DNA of 64,000 nt from an uncultured virus (IMG/VR IMGVR_UViG_3300042988_001414) (IMGVR_UViG_3300042988_001414), one strand, 5' to 3'; counted from the first letter of the stretch, positions 35,661 through 45,350 are shown. Notes: generated by a model not told the origin, from the letters alone. Numbers and translations are program-made.

Positions 35661-37267
35661 GCGAGCGAGGTGGAATCAGTGTCCGCAAGGGCCGTGTCTA
35701 CGCGCGCATTCGATTCGGCAAGAACGAGCGCTTCGAAGAGCGCCTTCCGTGGGCCACACCGGACGACGAGGGCGCATCGCGAGAGAGATCGCGTCTCATC
35801 GCCGAGCTCGTGGACCGCCTGGTCTCCGCAGGACGGCGCGACCTGGTGAGACGCACGGCGCGAGAGGCGGCGCAAGCGATGTCGCCACGCGTCCTCGACA
35901 CGATTCGGAAGACGATCGATGTCGTCATCAAGACCCCCGCGCCGCGACAAGACCTGACGACCTTCAAGGATGTCGCTGACGCTTGGGTCAGCGGCGAGCT
36001 CAGGAAGCTCCATCCCGATCATGTGCGATCGAAGGCTGACTTCCGACTCGAGGTCGGGCGACTCAAGCGCTACATCTACCCGCACGTGAAGGACGTCCCC
36101 GTCGTCGCGTTCGAGAAAGCTCACGCCGATCTGGTGATGTCGAAGCTCCCGGCGTCGAGAGTGAAGACGCCTGCCGCGCGGCGACACATTGCTCAGATCA
36201 TGAGCCGCGTGATGAACATGTGCGTTCACCCTCTTGGGCTGATCAAGTCATCACCTCTAGGCAAGGGCTTCCTTCCGATCGTGACGAGGTCGAAGCACTA
36301 CACGTGTCTCTTCCCGAAGGAGGAAGCGAAGCTTCTGGGTTGCGAGGAGGTGGACGAGGCGTTCCGACTGTTCATGGGCATCCTCGACCGTGAAGGGATG
36401 CGAATCAGCGAGCTCGCAGACAGCGAGTGGTGGCAGTGGAACCTTGAGGTCGGCACGTTCACCGCAACGAAGACGAAGGGCGGGGACCCTCGGATGTGGG
36501 CTCTGCGGCCGGACGTTGTCCGAGCGATGAGGATTTGGGCCGAGCGCTTCAGCAAGAAGAAGGCGCGCCCCTTCATTGACGTCACACCAACGCTCGAGGC
36601 GAAGAAGAAGCTGGCCAAGCGGCTGCGCGAAGCGCTGGCTCTTGCTGGAGTCCAGCGTCAGGAGTTGTTCCGCTCGACGCAGCACACCGGCATGCTGCGC
36701 GCGCATGATCTCCGGGCCACGTTCGTCACGGTGTCGCTCGCGGAAGGCCGGCCCGAGGCGTGGATCCGAGACCGAACGGCGCACAAGTCCACGATGATGA
36801 TCGACCGGTACAGGCGCACCGCCAGGCAGTTCGAGGAACTGAATCTCGGGTCGCTGGTCGACCTTGTCGAAGGCCTAGGGTGGGCGATCTCCTGGGTGAT
36901 CCGCTCCGCGGTGGGGGGTGCTGAGACGTCGGATCGTGCTGTTGTTACGAGCAGTTCCGGCGCAGGGATTCGAACCCCGATAGGAGGATCCAAAATCCGC
37001 TCAGGGCATGATCACGAGCCGCGTCAGGCCCAGAATGACGTGGTTTTCGATGCAGGTGACGACCCGCAAGAGCAGGGATCACCCACCCGTCACCCAGGGG
37101 TCAGGCGCCTCCCGGCGGACGTCCAGGAGTACGTCGCGGGTCAGCTTGCCGAGGCCTACCGGGAGGCCATTCGAGGCGAGCAGGTTGCGACGCTGCGACC
37201 TCTCGCACGCGCCGCGACTGCAATCGAGCAGGGGCGGACCCCACGACGTCGCCGAGGTGCACGATGA
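35657..37267 (+). CDS. int: Tyrosine integrase with attP inside its C-terminal region
   Basis: GMRISEL, TKTK, HDLRATF, TAHKS...DRY. Confidence 0.9.
   Translation: MSERGGISVRKGRVYARIRFGKNERFEERLPWATPDDEGASRERSRLIAELVDRLVSAGRRDLVRRTAREAAQAMSPRVLDTIRKTIDVVIKTPAPRQDLTTFKDVADAWVSGELRKLHPDHVRSKADFRLEVGRLKRYIYPHVKDVPVVAFEKAHADLVMSKLPASRVKTPAARRHIAQIMSRVMNMCVHPLGLIKSSPLGKGFLPIVTRSKHYTCLFPKEEAKLLGCEEVDEAFRLFMGILDREGMRISELADSEWWQWNLEVGTFTATKTKGGDPRMWALRPDVVRAMRIWAERFSKKKARPFIDVTPTLEAKKKLAKRLREALALAGVQRQELFRSTQHTGMLRAHDLRATFVTVSLAEGRPEAWIRDRTAHKSTMMIDRYRRTARQFEELNLGSLVDLVEGLGWAISWVIRSAVGGAETSDRAVVTSSSGAGIRTPIGGSKIRSGHDHEPRQAQNDVVFDAGDDPQEQGSPTRHPGVRRLPADVQEYVAGQLAEAYREAIRGEQVATLRPLARAATAIEQGRTPRRRRGAR
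36954..36998 (-). other. attP core: 3' half of tRNA-Gln(TTG)
   Basis: Minus strand GGA-TTTTGGA-TCCTC CTAT CGGGG-TTCGAAT-CCCTG CGCCGGA A; no 5' half present. Confidence 0.8.
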
Positions 37268-37605
37268 GGATCATCTACGAGACGTACTTGACCGTTGCCC
37301 AAGACGACGTGGACCGGATGAACGAGGCCATCGCGTCGTTGCCGGCATCACTGGTCCCGCGTGCTGGCGAGCGCGTTCGGGTCCCGTTCATCGACGTCAA
37401 GCGCGACGGGCACTTTGATCTGGAGGTGGCGAAGGTCACGCACTGCCCGTGCGATAACATCGTGGTCGTCAGACTCACCATCCCATCGGACCATCGGCCT
37501 TGGACCGCAGAGAGCTGGTCGGAGTGGTTTCGGCAACGGCGCGGCGAGCAGCCGAACCATTCGGCCATTCCTAATGGTTCGACGGCGGAGGCGCCTCATG
37601 GTTGA
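37264..37605 (+). CDS. Hypothetical protein
   Basis: Coupled to the int stop. Confidence 0.5.
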   Translation: MRIIYETYLTVAQDDVDRMNEAIASLPASLVPRAGERVRVPFIDVKRDGHFDLEVAKVTHCPCDNIVVVRLTIPSDHRPWTAESWSEWFRQRRGEQPNHSAIPNGSTAEAPHG

Positions 37606-37870
37606 GGGCCCGTTCTTCATCACCCCGCACGCGATCGATCGATACATTGAGCGCGTGCGTCCAGGAATCTCCCGAGGTCAGGCGCTCCGAGATCTCATCG
37701 AGATGAGCAGAGGCGCGCACGTGGTGAAAGAGATCGAGCCGGGTCTGTGGCTGTGGAGAGGCCCGAAGCCGCGTAGGCTTCGTCTTCGGGTGTCGTCCCG
37801 AGAGCCTGGGTTGCCTCAACTGGTGACCGTCATCGAGGCGCATGACGGCCTCCAGGCGAACCGACGATGA
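37598..37870 (+). CDS. Small protein, possible RelE/DUF4258-like fold
   Basis: ITPHAIDRYIER...LVTVI; coupled to csf1. Confidence 0.5.
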   Translation: MVEGPFFITPHAIDRYIERVRPGISRGQALRDLIEMSRGAHVVKEIEPGLWLWRGPKPRRLRLRVSSREPGLPQLVTVIEAHDGLQANRR

Positions 37871-38835
37871 AGGCGAGTCATCTGATCTGGACGGGAGCAG
37901 GGCGGCCATCTCCGTGCGAGACCAACGGCGACCCGATCCCGGCGCGTGGCCGTGGAGCCCCGTGTGCCGCTTGCGGTGAGCCTGGCACGTTCCGCCTTCG
38001 AGAGGCCATCAGCGACAACTTCACGACCGTGAAGAACGGGTCGCGTGCGTGGCCGTTCGGCGGCTCGGACGTCTGCGCGGCGTGCGTGTTTGCGTGCAAG
38101 ACCTTGGCGCTACGACTTGCGATCTCGTTCTCGAGAGAGGACGGCGTGTGGTTCATTGGGACGCGGCCGCTGCCTGGTCTCCCGTGGTCGCGACCCGATG
38201 CACTGAGCGCGATCCTGGCGCCACCGAAGCCGCCGTTCGTCGCGATGTGGCCTGCGTACGGCATCGATCACGGCGGCGAGTCGAACCTGGACCGCGCTTG
38301 GTGGCCCGGTTCGACGCCGCACCCAAACCCGATCGTGAAGCTACAGAGCAAGCATGTGGCGATCTACGCTCGCGTCGCGACGTCCCGCGATCGCTACCCG
38401 ATCCAGATCGATGACGTGCATGACGTCATCGTCGACGTGGATCTCTGGTCGCGGCTGCGTGTCGTCTGCGGCGTGCTACTGACTGAGCTCCGCGCTGGCG
38501 GCGTCGGTGCGAACGACGCACGGACGGCCCTCGTCACGCTACGCGCCCCGCTTGGTACGCCGAGCCGTGTGGCCGCGCATTGGCCCAGCCTGACCGCGCC
38601 GCTGAGGCCGCACCATGGATCGGTGTGGTGGCCACACTTCGTTTCGCTACTCGACATGCCTGCACTGAAGAAGGAGAACGCTGATGGAACGACCGACCGT
38701 AGTGCTCGACCAGTCCCACGTTGGGAAGACCGTGAAGGAGGCGCGCCGAGTGCTCTCGTACCTGCTTCGGGCGATGAAGAAGCGCGTCGATGCGAGCGCG
38801 ATCGGAAGGGAGAGATTCAGGGGTCTCTCTTCTGA
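37867..38835 (+). CDS. csf1: Type IV CRISPR-associated Csf1 (Cas8-like)
   Basis: CAACG...SDNFT...SDVCAAC Zn finger; PPKPPFV; QSKH; position in the operon. Confidence 0.75.
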   Translation: MKASHLIWTGAGRPSPCETNGDPIPARGRGAPCAACGEPGTFRLREAISDNFTTVKNGSRAWPFGGSDVCAACVFACKTLALRLAISFSREDGVWFIGTRPLPGLPWSRPDALSAILAPPKPPFVAMWPAYGIDHGGESNLDRAWWPGSTPHPNPIVKLQSKHVAIYARVATSRDRYPIQIDDVHDVIVDVDLWSRLRVVCGVLLTELRAGGVGANDARTALVTLRAPLGTPSRVAAHWPSLTAPLRPHHGSVWWPHFVSLLDMPALKKENADGTTDRSARPVPRWEDREGGAPSALVPASGDEEARRCERDRKGEIQGSLF

Positions 38836-40141
38836 GTTGAGCAACAGCCTTGTGCCGCTCGTCGTCAGCGAGAAGAGCACGCTTGCGTTTGGCAAGGCGC
38901 TGGCGAACCGCTTCGGGATCGACCTCACCGGCGGCGACACGGAGTGGGGGCCCGTAGAGGCGTGGCTCCCTGAGGGTCGGATCCGGTGGGACCGCGCTCT
39001 TGCTGCACTCGACTACCGTCACGTTCGCCTGGTCGTTCACGAGAACCCAGCGTTCCTTGCGACGTTCGCCTGCGATCGAGAATGCGAGGGAGAGGACAGC
39101 ATCTTCGCCTCGTTCCCAGAGCCCGTCGGTGACGGAGCGTACAGAGCGACGCTGCCAAGGGGACTCATCCAGCCACGCAACCACGCCACGGTGTGGACGC
39201 TGACGAGTCCGATGGCACACGGCGCGGACGAGAAGAGCGGCAACGTGAACCTGTTCCGGCGGCATCGCGTGGTGAATCCGCTGACTGGCGAGCAGTCGTT
39301 CGTTCCGTTCATGAGCGGCAACGCCGTACGCGGTGTGTGGCGAGACATGGTGATGGCTCGCTTCTGCGAGCTCGTGGGGGTGAGCCCGAAGGCGCTCCCA
39401 TCGTCACGCGTCCACGCACTCTTCTCCGGCGGTGGAGTGGAGAAGGGCGCCGACGGAGCCAGCGTGAACCTGCGCGTGCGCGACCAAGCACGTGAGATGT
39501 GTCCTGCGTGGGATCTCTTCGCTGGATGCACGGACCAGCAAATCATGCAGGGCCGAATCCGCGTGCACGATGCCGTACTCGTCTGCGCCGAGAACGATTG
39601 GCTCGTCTTCCCTCATCTGAACCCCGGTGTCGAGATGACGGCGGAGGCTCTGGCCACGTTCTCTGACTCGCTGCCGGAGGCGGCGGAGCTGACCCAGCTT
39701 CGACTCGGCACGAGGCACGCGCACAAGGACTATGCTGGGAGCGAGGGGGCCCAGATGATCTTCAACACCGAGGTCGTCCTTGGTGGAGCTCAGTTCGTCC
39801 ACTCGTTCCAGATCTACGGCATTGACGGCGTCTCACCCATCACAGCGGCTTGCTTGGCTGACCTCGTGACGAACTTCCGCGACTGGGGCGTGGTCGGAGC
39901 CTCGAATGCGCGCGGTCTTGGGCTCATCGCCTTCGACGCGTACCAGCCCGGACCAGGCACCCCCACGTTGCCCGATCCGTCGATCTACCTGGCGCACGTG
40001 GACCGCAACAAGGACGCCATGCGTGAGTGGCTGATGCGGGTCGGTGACGAGTCACCGCCGAAGGCGGAACGTCCGGCCAAAGGCACACGCACACGCCAAC
40101 TCCCGCCGACGCTGAAGGAGCCGTCCAGTGACGTGGGTTGA
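38684..40141 (+). CDS. csf2: Csf2 (Cas7) with N-terminal helical Cas11/Csf4-like domain
   Basis: TLTSPMAHG, VPFMSGNAVRG, LFSGG, LFAG, GRIRV, GASNARGLG; extra ~140-aa helical N-terminus. Confidence 0.85.
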   Translation: MERPTVVLDQSHVGKTVKEARRVLSYLLRAMKKRVDASAIGRERFRGLSSELSNSLVPLVVSEKSTLAFGKALANRFGIDLTGGDTEWGPVEAWLPEGRIRWDRALAALDYRHVRLVVHENPAFLATFACDRECEGEDSIFASFPEPVGDGAYRATLPRGLIQPRNHATVWTLTSPMAHGADEKSGNVNLFRRHRVVNPLTGEQSFVPFMSGNAVRGVWRDMVMARFCELVGVSPKALPSSRVHALFSGGGVEKGADGASVNLRVRDQAREMCPAWDLFAGCTDQQIMQGRIRVHDAVLVCAENDWLVFPHLNPGVEMTAEALATFSDSLPEAAELTQLRLGTRHAHKDYAGSEGAQMIFNTEVVLGGAQFVHSFQIYGIDGVSPITAACLADLVTNFRDWGVVGASNARGLGLIAFDAYQPGPGTPTLPDPSIYLAHVDRNKDAMREWLMRVGDESPPKAERPAKGTRTRQLPPTLKEPSSDVG

Positions 40142-40907
40142 GACGTCCGCTGCGTGGCGAGCTCGCTGCGAACGCTGGCTTCCGAGTCGGGTAGAGCCTG
40201 TCCAAATCCGCGTGTGGCTGCGAGCTCCGCTCGCATGGGACCCCTACGACGGAATCACGATCGAGGGCGCGCTACAGTCCGTGGTCGTTACGAGGGAGTC
40301 ATCGCGACTTCCCGACGACGCGTTCGATGGGGCACCGAGTGACTTCTTCGCTGACGTCCCGATCCCAATCGCCGATCAGGAGGTCTACGGCATCAAGATC
40401 GCCCTCGTCTCGTGGGCGATCCCAGCCACCAACATCGAGACCGTTCGACGCTTGCGCCGTCGGTCCAGAGTGGACCTGTTCCGACCCGCCGGAGGTCGAG
40501 GACTCTTGGTCGTGTCCGGTGGATCGTTCAAAAATACTGACGTACCTGTGTCCACGATGACGACTCCGTTCGTTGACTTCTTCGCGCACGGTGACGCCGA
40601 GAAGATCGCTGACCTTGCCCGAGACCTCGGATCTCTTGGTCGTGCACGTGGCGGAGGGCTTGGAGCCATCCACGGTGTGGAGGTCGACACCGGATGCCCG
40701 ATGCGCCACCCGTTGAGTCATCACCGCAGACCTCAGCGCACCATCCCGGTGCTCGATGGGACCAACGCCGCAGATCGATTTGAGGTCGGATCGTACGAGG
40801 TCCGCGAGCGTCAGCTCCGCGCGCCATACTGGCACCTCGGCGGACCTCGAGCGCTCTGCGCGGTTCCGACACCAGTCGCATTCACGGAGGACGCATGCGC
40901 CGCTTGA
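40128..40907 (+). CDS. csf3: Csf3 (Cas5-like)
   Basis: IRVWLRAP..., GSFK, FFAHGDAEKI, LGRARGGGLGAI, RTIP, RAPYWH. Confidence 0.8.
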   Translation: MTWVETSAAWRARCERWLPSRVEPVQIRVWLRAPLAWDPYDGITIEGALQSVVVTRESSRLPDDAFDGAPSDFFADVPIPIADQEVYGIKIALVSWAIPATNIETVRRLRRRSRVDLFRPAGGRGLLVVSGGSFKNTDVPVSTMTTPFVDFFAHGDAEKIADLARDLGSLGRARGGGLGAIHGVEVDTGCPMRHPLSHHRRPQRTIPVLDGTNAADRFEVGSYEVRERQLRAPYWHLGGPRALCAVPTPVAFTEDACAA

Positions 40908-41530
40908 TACGTGGTCCGCTTGAGCAACGGCTCGCGGTGGCGGACCTTACGACGCCCGAAGGACTGGCCACGTTCAGAGGCCTTCTCGAGGGTCTCTCGG
41001 TCTCGGTCGTCTACAGCGACCCGCCGTGGAACCCTGGGAATGAGAAATACTGGCGACGCTACGCCGGGGCGAGTGTGCCGACGAGCTACGGCAAGCTGCT
41101 CGACGGTTGGATCGCGTGCGTTGTGGCCTGCCGCCCGGAGCACGTCTTCGTCGAGCAGTCAGTCAACCAAGCTCACAAGGCCATGCTGGTCGACGCGATC
41201 GGCCGGTGCCCAGCGTGGTCGCTGCCGCTGATTGAAGAGTGGGTCGTTGAGTACGGATCTCCCAAGAGGCCGAACGCGCTCCTCCACTTCGGCCGCAACA
41301 AGAGCACCACCGATCCTTCGGGGATGTCTGGCGTCACGATGACGAGGACGGCGCTGATGGGCATCGACATCCCATCCCGCACCGCCATCGCCGATCCGTG
41401 CATGGGGCTTGGGACTACCTCACGCGTAGCTCACATGTTGGAGACCTCGTGCGTCGGGACTGAGTTGAACGAGAAGCGTCTTGATGTGACGATCGACCGA
41501 CTGCGGAAGATGGGGTACGTGGAGGCATGA
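40895..41530 (+). CDS. Amino-methyltransferase-like (DPPW) protein
   Basis: VVYSDPPW; ADPCMGLGTT; GTELNEKR. Confidence 0.75.
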   Translation: MRRLIRGPLEQRLAVADLTTPEGLATFRGLLEGLSVSVVYSDPPWNPGNEKYWRRYAGASVPTSYGKLLDGWIACVVACRPEHVFVEQSVNQAHKAMLVDAIGRCPAWSLPLIEEWVVEYGSPKRPNALLHFGRNKSTTDPSGMSGVTMTRTALMGIDIPSRTAIADPCMGLGTTSRVAHMLETSCVGTELNEKRLDVTIDRLRKMGYVEA

Positions 41531-42390
41531 TCGCGCTCGGGCTCTCGGCTGAGGAGAAACGCCGTGCGGTGACGGACTACTGCGCCGAGCACCGCATCCA
41601 GCGCGTGGTCGCGTTGAGCCCGTCGAAGTACCGCGTGGTGTTCGACCACGACCAGGTGCGCCACACGGAGTGGGCGGAGATCATCCAGTACAAGCACTTC
41701 TACCCAATCCTCCAGGAGACCGACCGGCACACGCTGGTCGTCGTCAACGAGTGCCTGAGGACGAGCGACCGAAACTGCCTCACGTACAACTGCATCCGGC
41801 ACTTCCTCAACCAAACGCCACACGCCATCGTGTTTCAGCGGTTCCCCATTCTCGAGACGTTCGATGACGTGATGATCCTGGTCGACTTCGCGACCAATAG
41901 CCGATGGAAGCGTGACCGCTTCGATCGCCGCTTTCTCGATGGTGTCGATGTTCGAGGCACCGTCCAGCCACTGACTCTTGAGCGCGTGCACGTGCCGACG
42001 TCAGACCAAGATCATGCGGCCTACGCCAAGGCACGCGCCGAGCTCTTCGCCAACATCGGCGCTCGCGACCCGCACACGATCCCGCGCACGCTGCACCTCT
42101 TGTCCGGCAAAGCCAAGCTCCGTGTCGTGAATCCTGGCGCGCGCTACGTCGGTCGGAACAACCGCTTCTCACTCGAGAACCTGGTCACGTTCGACGAAGA
42201 GTCGTTCGGTGGGACCGAGACGGTCTTCGAGTTCTGCCACGGCATGCTGGCCTTCAGCGACTTCGTCGCGCTCTCCGGCCAGACCAAGGTGACCGCACTC
42301 GTCTCCGAACTGAAGGTCGACCGGTGGTACGCGGAACGCGCCGAGACATGGATGAAGGAGGTGGCTCGTGCCTACGCAGCGCTACTCTGA
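41527..42390 (+). CDS. Hypothetical protein, degenerate helicase-like
   Basis: LVVVNECLR resembles a decayed Walker B; no Walker A seen. Confidence 0.55.
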   Translation: MIALGLSAEEKRRAVTDYCAEHRIQRVVALSPSKYRVVFDHDQVRHTEWAEIIQYKHFYPILQETDRHTLVVVNECLRTSDRNCLTYNCIRHFLNQTPHAIVFQRFPILETFDDVMILVDFATNSRWKRDRFDRRFLDGVDVRGTVQPLTLERVHVPTSDQDHAAYAKARAELFANIGARDPHTIPRTLHLLSGKAKLRVVNPGARYVGRNNRFSLENLVTFDEESFGGTETVFEFCHGMLAFSDFVALSGQTKVTALVSELKVDRWYAERAETWMKEVARAYAALL

Positions 42391-43495
42391 CGTTGACGTT
42401 CTGAGCGCCGCACGAAAGCGCATGGCGTTCATCTTCGACTCGTTCTCGGAGATCATCGTTTCGATCTCCGGTGGGAAGGATTCCACGGTGCTCGCTCATA
42501 TTGCGTTGCAAGAGGCGAAGCGCCGCGACCGACGCGTTGGCTTCTTCTTCCTCGATGAGGAGGTCTGCTACCAGAGCAGCGTCGACCAGGTCGAGTACCT
42601 GATGACCCTCGAGCCAGCGCACACCAAGCCGCTCTGGCTTCAGGTGCCGTTTTTCCTGACCAACGCGACCAGCCTCACCGAGGGCCAGCTCCAATGCTGG
42701 GAGCCTGGCAAGCACAAGGTGTGGATGCGATCCAAGCGAGCCGGATCGATCCAGCACAAGCCGTGGGACGTGGCGACCGAGACCGTGCGCAATCGCGCCA
42801 AGGGCTTCGGCTTCTACGATGCGATCGAGAACTTCGAGCGCAGCTTCTCCGGCGCTGCCTTCCTTGTTGGCTTGCGTGCCGCCGGCGAGTCGCCGAACCG
42901 TTGGCGCGCGGTGGTGAAGAACCCCGTGACGGTCGGCGGAGAGACGACCTACTGGGGCACTCGCAAGGGCGAGAACACTGCGCTCTATCCGATCTACGAC
43001 TGGAACTTCCACGACGTGTGGCGCTACATCCACGAGCACGGCGTGCGCTACTCGAAGATCTACGACTTCCAGTTTCGCAAGGGGTACCCGATCCACGAGA
43101 TGCGTGTGAGCTCGCTCATTCACGAGCGTTCGTTCAAGAGCATCTGTGACCTCCCCGAATTCGAGCCGAAGACGTACGCTCGACTGCTGAAGCGCATCAA
43201 GGGGATCGCGCTCGCACAAGAGACGGGCAAGTCTGCCAAGCTGTTTGCTGCGCGGAAGCTTCCTCACCAGCACGCGACGTGGGCAGCGTACCGGGACTTC
43301 CTCCTTGCGACGCATCCGAGTCAGGAGCACGCCGCCATGTTTCGAGCGCGATTCGCTCGCCATCTCGACAACGAGTTCGTGGCGCGCCAGCAATGCCGGC
43401 AGCTGCTTCTCAACGACTACGAGAACAACCTTCCCATCACCAACGACGAAGACCCGCGGGCGAAGTTGCTGCGGTACTACGAGGGCGTCCTATGA
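42368..43495 (+). CDS. IbrA-like PAPS-reductase/PP-loop protein
   Basis: VSISGGKDS, FLDEE, VGLRAAGESPNR, YPIYDW...DVW, MRVS. Confidence 0.85.
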   Translation: MPTQRYSDVDVLSAARKRMAFIFDSFSEIIVSISGGKDSTVLAHIALQEAKRRDRRVGFFFLDEEVCYQSSVDQVEYLMTLEPAHTKPLWLQVPFFLTNATSLTEGQLQCWEPGKHKVWMRSKRAGSIQHKPWDVATETVRNRAKGFGFYDAIENFERSFSGAAFLVGLRAAGESPNRWRAVVKNPVTVGGETTYWGTRKGENTALYPIYDWNFHDVWRYIHEHGVRYSKIYDFQFRKGYPIHEMRVSSLIHERSFKSICDLPEFEPKTYARLLKRIKGIALAQETGKSAKLFAARKLPHQHATWAAYRDFLLATHPSQEHAAMFRARFARHLDNEFVARQQCRQLLLNDYENNLPITNDEDPRAKLLRYYEGVL

Positions 43496-44004
43496 AGATC
43501 TCGATGCCGTGCCTGGAGACGAAGCTCGTGCCACGCGACTCGATCGTGGCCAACAACTACAACCCGAATTTCGTTTCACCCGACAAGATGGACCTTCTTC
43601 GACAGAGCATCGTCGACAACGGGTTCTGCTTCCCCATCGTGACGATCTGGGACGATGACCTCGAGAAGTACGTCATCGTCGATGGCTTCCACCGCTTCAC
43701 GATCTGCTCTCCCGAGTGGCTGGACATCGAGCTGGTGCCCGTCGTCGTCCTTGAGCACGACATCACCAAGCGGCTCGTTGCGACGGTCCAGTTCAATAAG
43801 GCTCGTGGAACGCACGCCGTGGATTTGGATGCGGACCTCATTCGAACGCTCATCCAACAAGGCATGACCGATGAGCAGGTCTCGACGCATCTCGGGATCG
43901 ATCTCGACACCGTGCACCGGTACAAGCAGGTCAGCGGCGTCGCATCGCTCTTCGCAAACGTCGAGTACTCCGCCAGCTGGTCGATGGTCGAGGATGCCGG
44001 CTGA
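43492..44004 (+). CDS. IbrB-like ParB/Srx-domain protein
   Basis: ANNYNPN, SIVDNGF, IVDGFHR, NKARGTH. Confidence 0.85.
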   Translation: MKISMPCLETKLVPRDSIVANNYNPNFVSPDKMDLLRQSIVDNGFCFPIVTIWDDDLEKYVIVDGFHRFTICSPEWLDIELVPVVVLEHDITKRLVATVQFNKARGTHAVDLDADLIRTLIQQGMTDEQVSTHLGIDLDTVHRYKQVSGVASLFANVEYSASWSMVEDAG

Positions 44005-44809
44005 GCCGCTCCTCCGACCGGAGGACGACGCGGAGTGGTCGCGCTGGCAGATCATCGCTCGCCAGCACGCCCGCACACGCAAGCACGCATCTCGTGTCGA
44101 CCGCGCCAAGCGCATCGTCGACGAATGCCTCACGCGAGCGCCCAACGCCGCGGTGATGTGGTCCGGAGGGAAGGACTCGACCGTGTTGACTCATCTCGTA
44201 TGCGTCGAGATGGGCCGAGCACTTCCAGTGTTCAGCGAGAAGGACGATCTCGACTTCCCCGGCGAACGCGCGTACGTCGAGACGTGGGCCGCACGTTGGA
44301 AGATCGATCTCCGCGTGCTGGTACCTGACGTGTCGCCGCTGGCGTGGGTTGAGGCTCACCGCGCCGAGCTCGTGGCGGGAGACGATCTCCACTCACGCGC
44401 CGCTGGCCTGAGCAAGGCTTGCTTCTACGAGGTGGTCGAGCGCGCCACCGAGACCTTCGACGCGGTCCTCTTGGGGCTTCGGTCTGAGGAGAGCCGCGGG
44501 CGGCGAATGAACCGCGCGCTGCGCGGACCGACGTACCAGAAGACGAGCGGCCAGTGGGTGTGCTCGCCGCTGGTCGACTGGTCTGGGATCGACGTGATGG
44601 CGTACCTCGCCGCGAGAGACATCGACCCGTTGCCGCTCTATCGGTGCATCGCGTTCGCGCACGCGCGCGAGCCGTGGAGAGTCCGCAAGTCGTGGTGGCT
44701 CCCAGGTCAGAGCTCGAATCACGGGCAGATGGCGTGGCTCCGGCACTACTGGCCATCACTCTACGAACTCGCCCGCGAGCTAGTCATCGGTGCCCAGCGG
44801 ATGTCGTGA
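43994..44809 (+). CDS. CysH-like PAPS reductase family protein (type IV-B associated)
   Basis: MWSGGKDS, LGLRSEESRGR, PLVDWSGIDVMAY. Confidence 0.85.
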   Translation: MPAEPLLRPEDDAEWSRWQIIARQHARTRKHASRVDRAKRIVDECLTRAPNAAVMWSGGKDSTVLTHLVCVEMGRALPVFSEKDDLDFPGERAYVETWAARWKIDLRVLVPDVSPLAWVEAHRAELVAGDDLHSRAAGLSKACFYEVVERATETFDAVLLGLRSEESRGRRMNRALRGPTYQKTSGQWVCSPLVDWSGIDVMAYLAARDIDPLPLYRCIAFAHAREPWRVRKSWWLPGQSSNHGQMAWLRHYWPSLYELARELVIGAQRMS

Positions 44810-45196
44810 GTCCGTCCGACGTCTCCGCGTCGGCCGCAGGCCCGCCGCGGCAAGCCACTCGTCCACATCGTCGCTCGCGACCGAAGTCGACTCGGTCCTC
44901 GGCTGAGGATCGCGGCGGCGCGCAGCCTCCCACGCGGCGCGTGTGCATCGCCAGATGGCGCCGTCGCGATGGGAGCCTACGACACGACCTGACGCGCAAG
45001 TCTCACGAAATACGCGTCGACTCACCCCAGGCGGCAGATCAACAGAGGAGTACCCCGCGCCACCGCCGACCATCACGAGGACAGGAGATCGGCACGCACC
45101 GCAGACTACGGCCCCACGATCCACGACCAACGGGGCCGTCGTGCAACGGCACGATGCACGCAACTCTGCCGCATCTGATCTCAGGATCCTTGACAT
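44780..45196 (-). CDS. Excisionase-like small protein (true start probably internal)
   Basis: SRRVFRETCASGRVVG...IWRCTRAAW...DDVDEWL. Confidence 0.5.
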   Translation of the reverse strand: MSRILRSDAAELRASCRCTTAPLVVDRGAVVCGACRSPVLVMVGGGAGYSSVDLPPGVSRRVFRETCASGRVVGSHRDGAIWRCTRAAWEAARRRDPQPRTESTSVASDDVDEWLAAAGLRPTRRRRTDSRHPLGTDD

Positions 45197-45264
45197 AACG
45201 AGATGTTACCAACCTCCGCCAAGGGCGCCCCAAAAAAACATCCCAACAATCGACATGCGTGGGC

Positions 45265-45292
45265 TTGCGCTGGGCACCCAGCGAGTTAGATT
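45265..45292 (+). promoter_or_regulatory. Putative sigma70 promoter with operator palindrome
   Basis: TTGCGC-16 bp-TAGATT enclosing CGCTGGG-CA-CCCAGCG. Confidence 0.5.
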
Positions 45293-45350
45293 GTCTTGTG
45301 TTGAGGCGAGACACCTCAACAAACCACCACCACCACCAAGGAGACACGTC

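Noticed and set aside
36954..36998. Functional tRNA-Gln gene
   Set aside because: No D arm or 5' acceptor strand; better explained as attP
45190..45215. TTGACA as a promoter -35
   Set aside because: No acceptable -10 at 16-18 bp spacing
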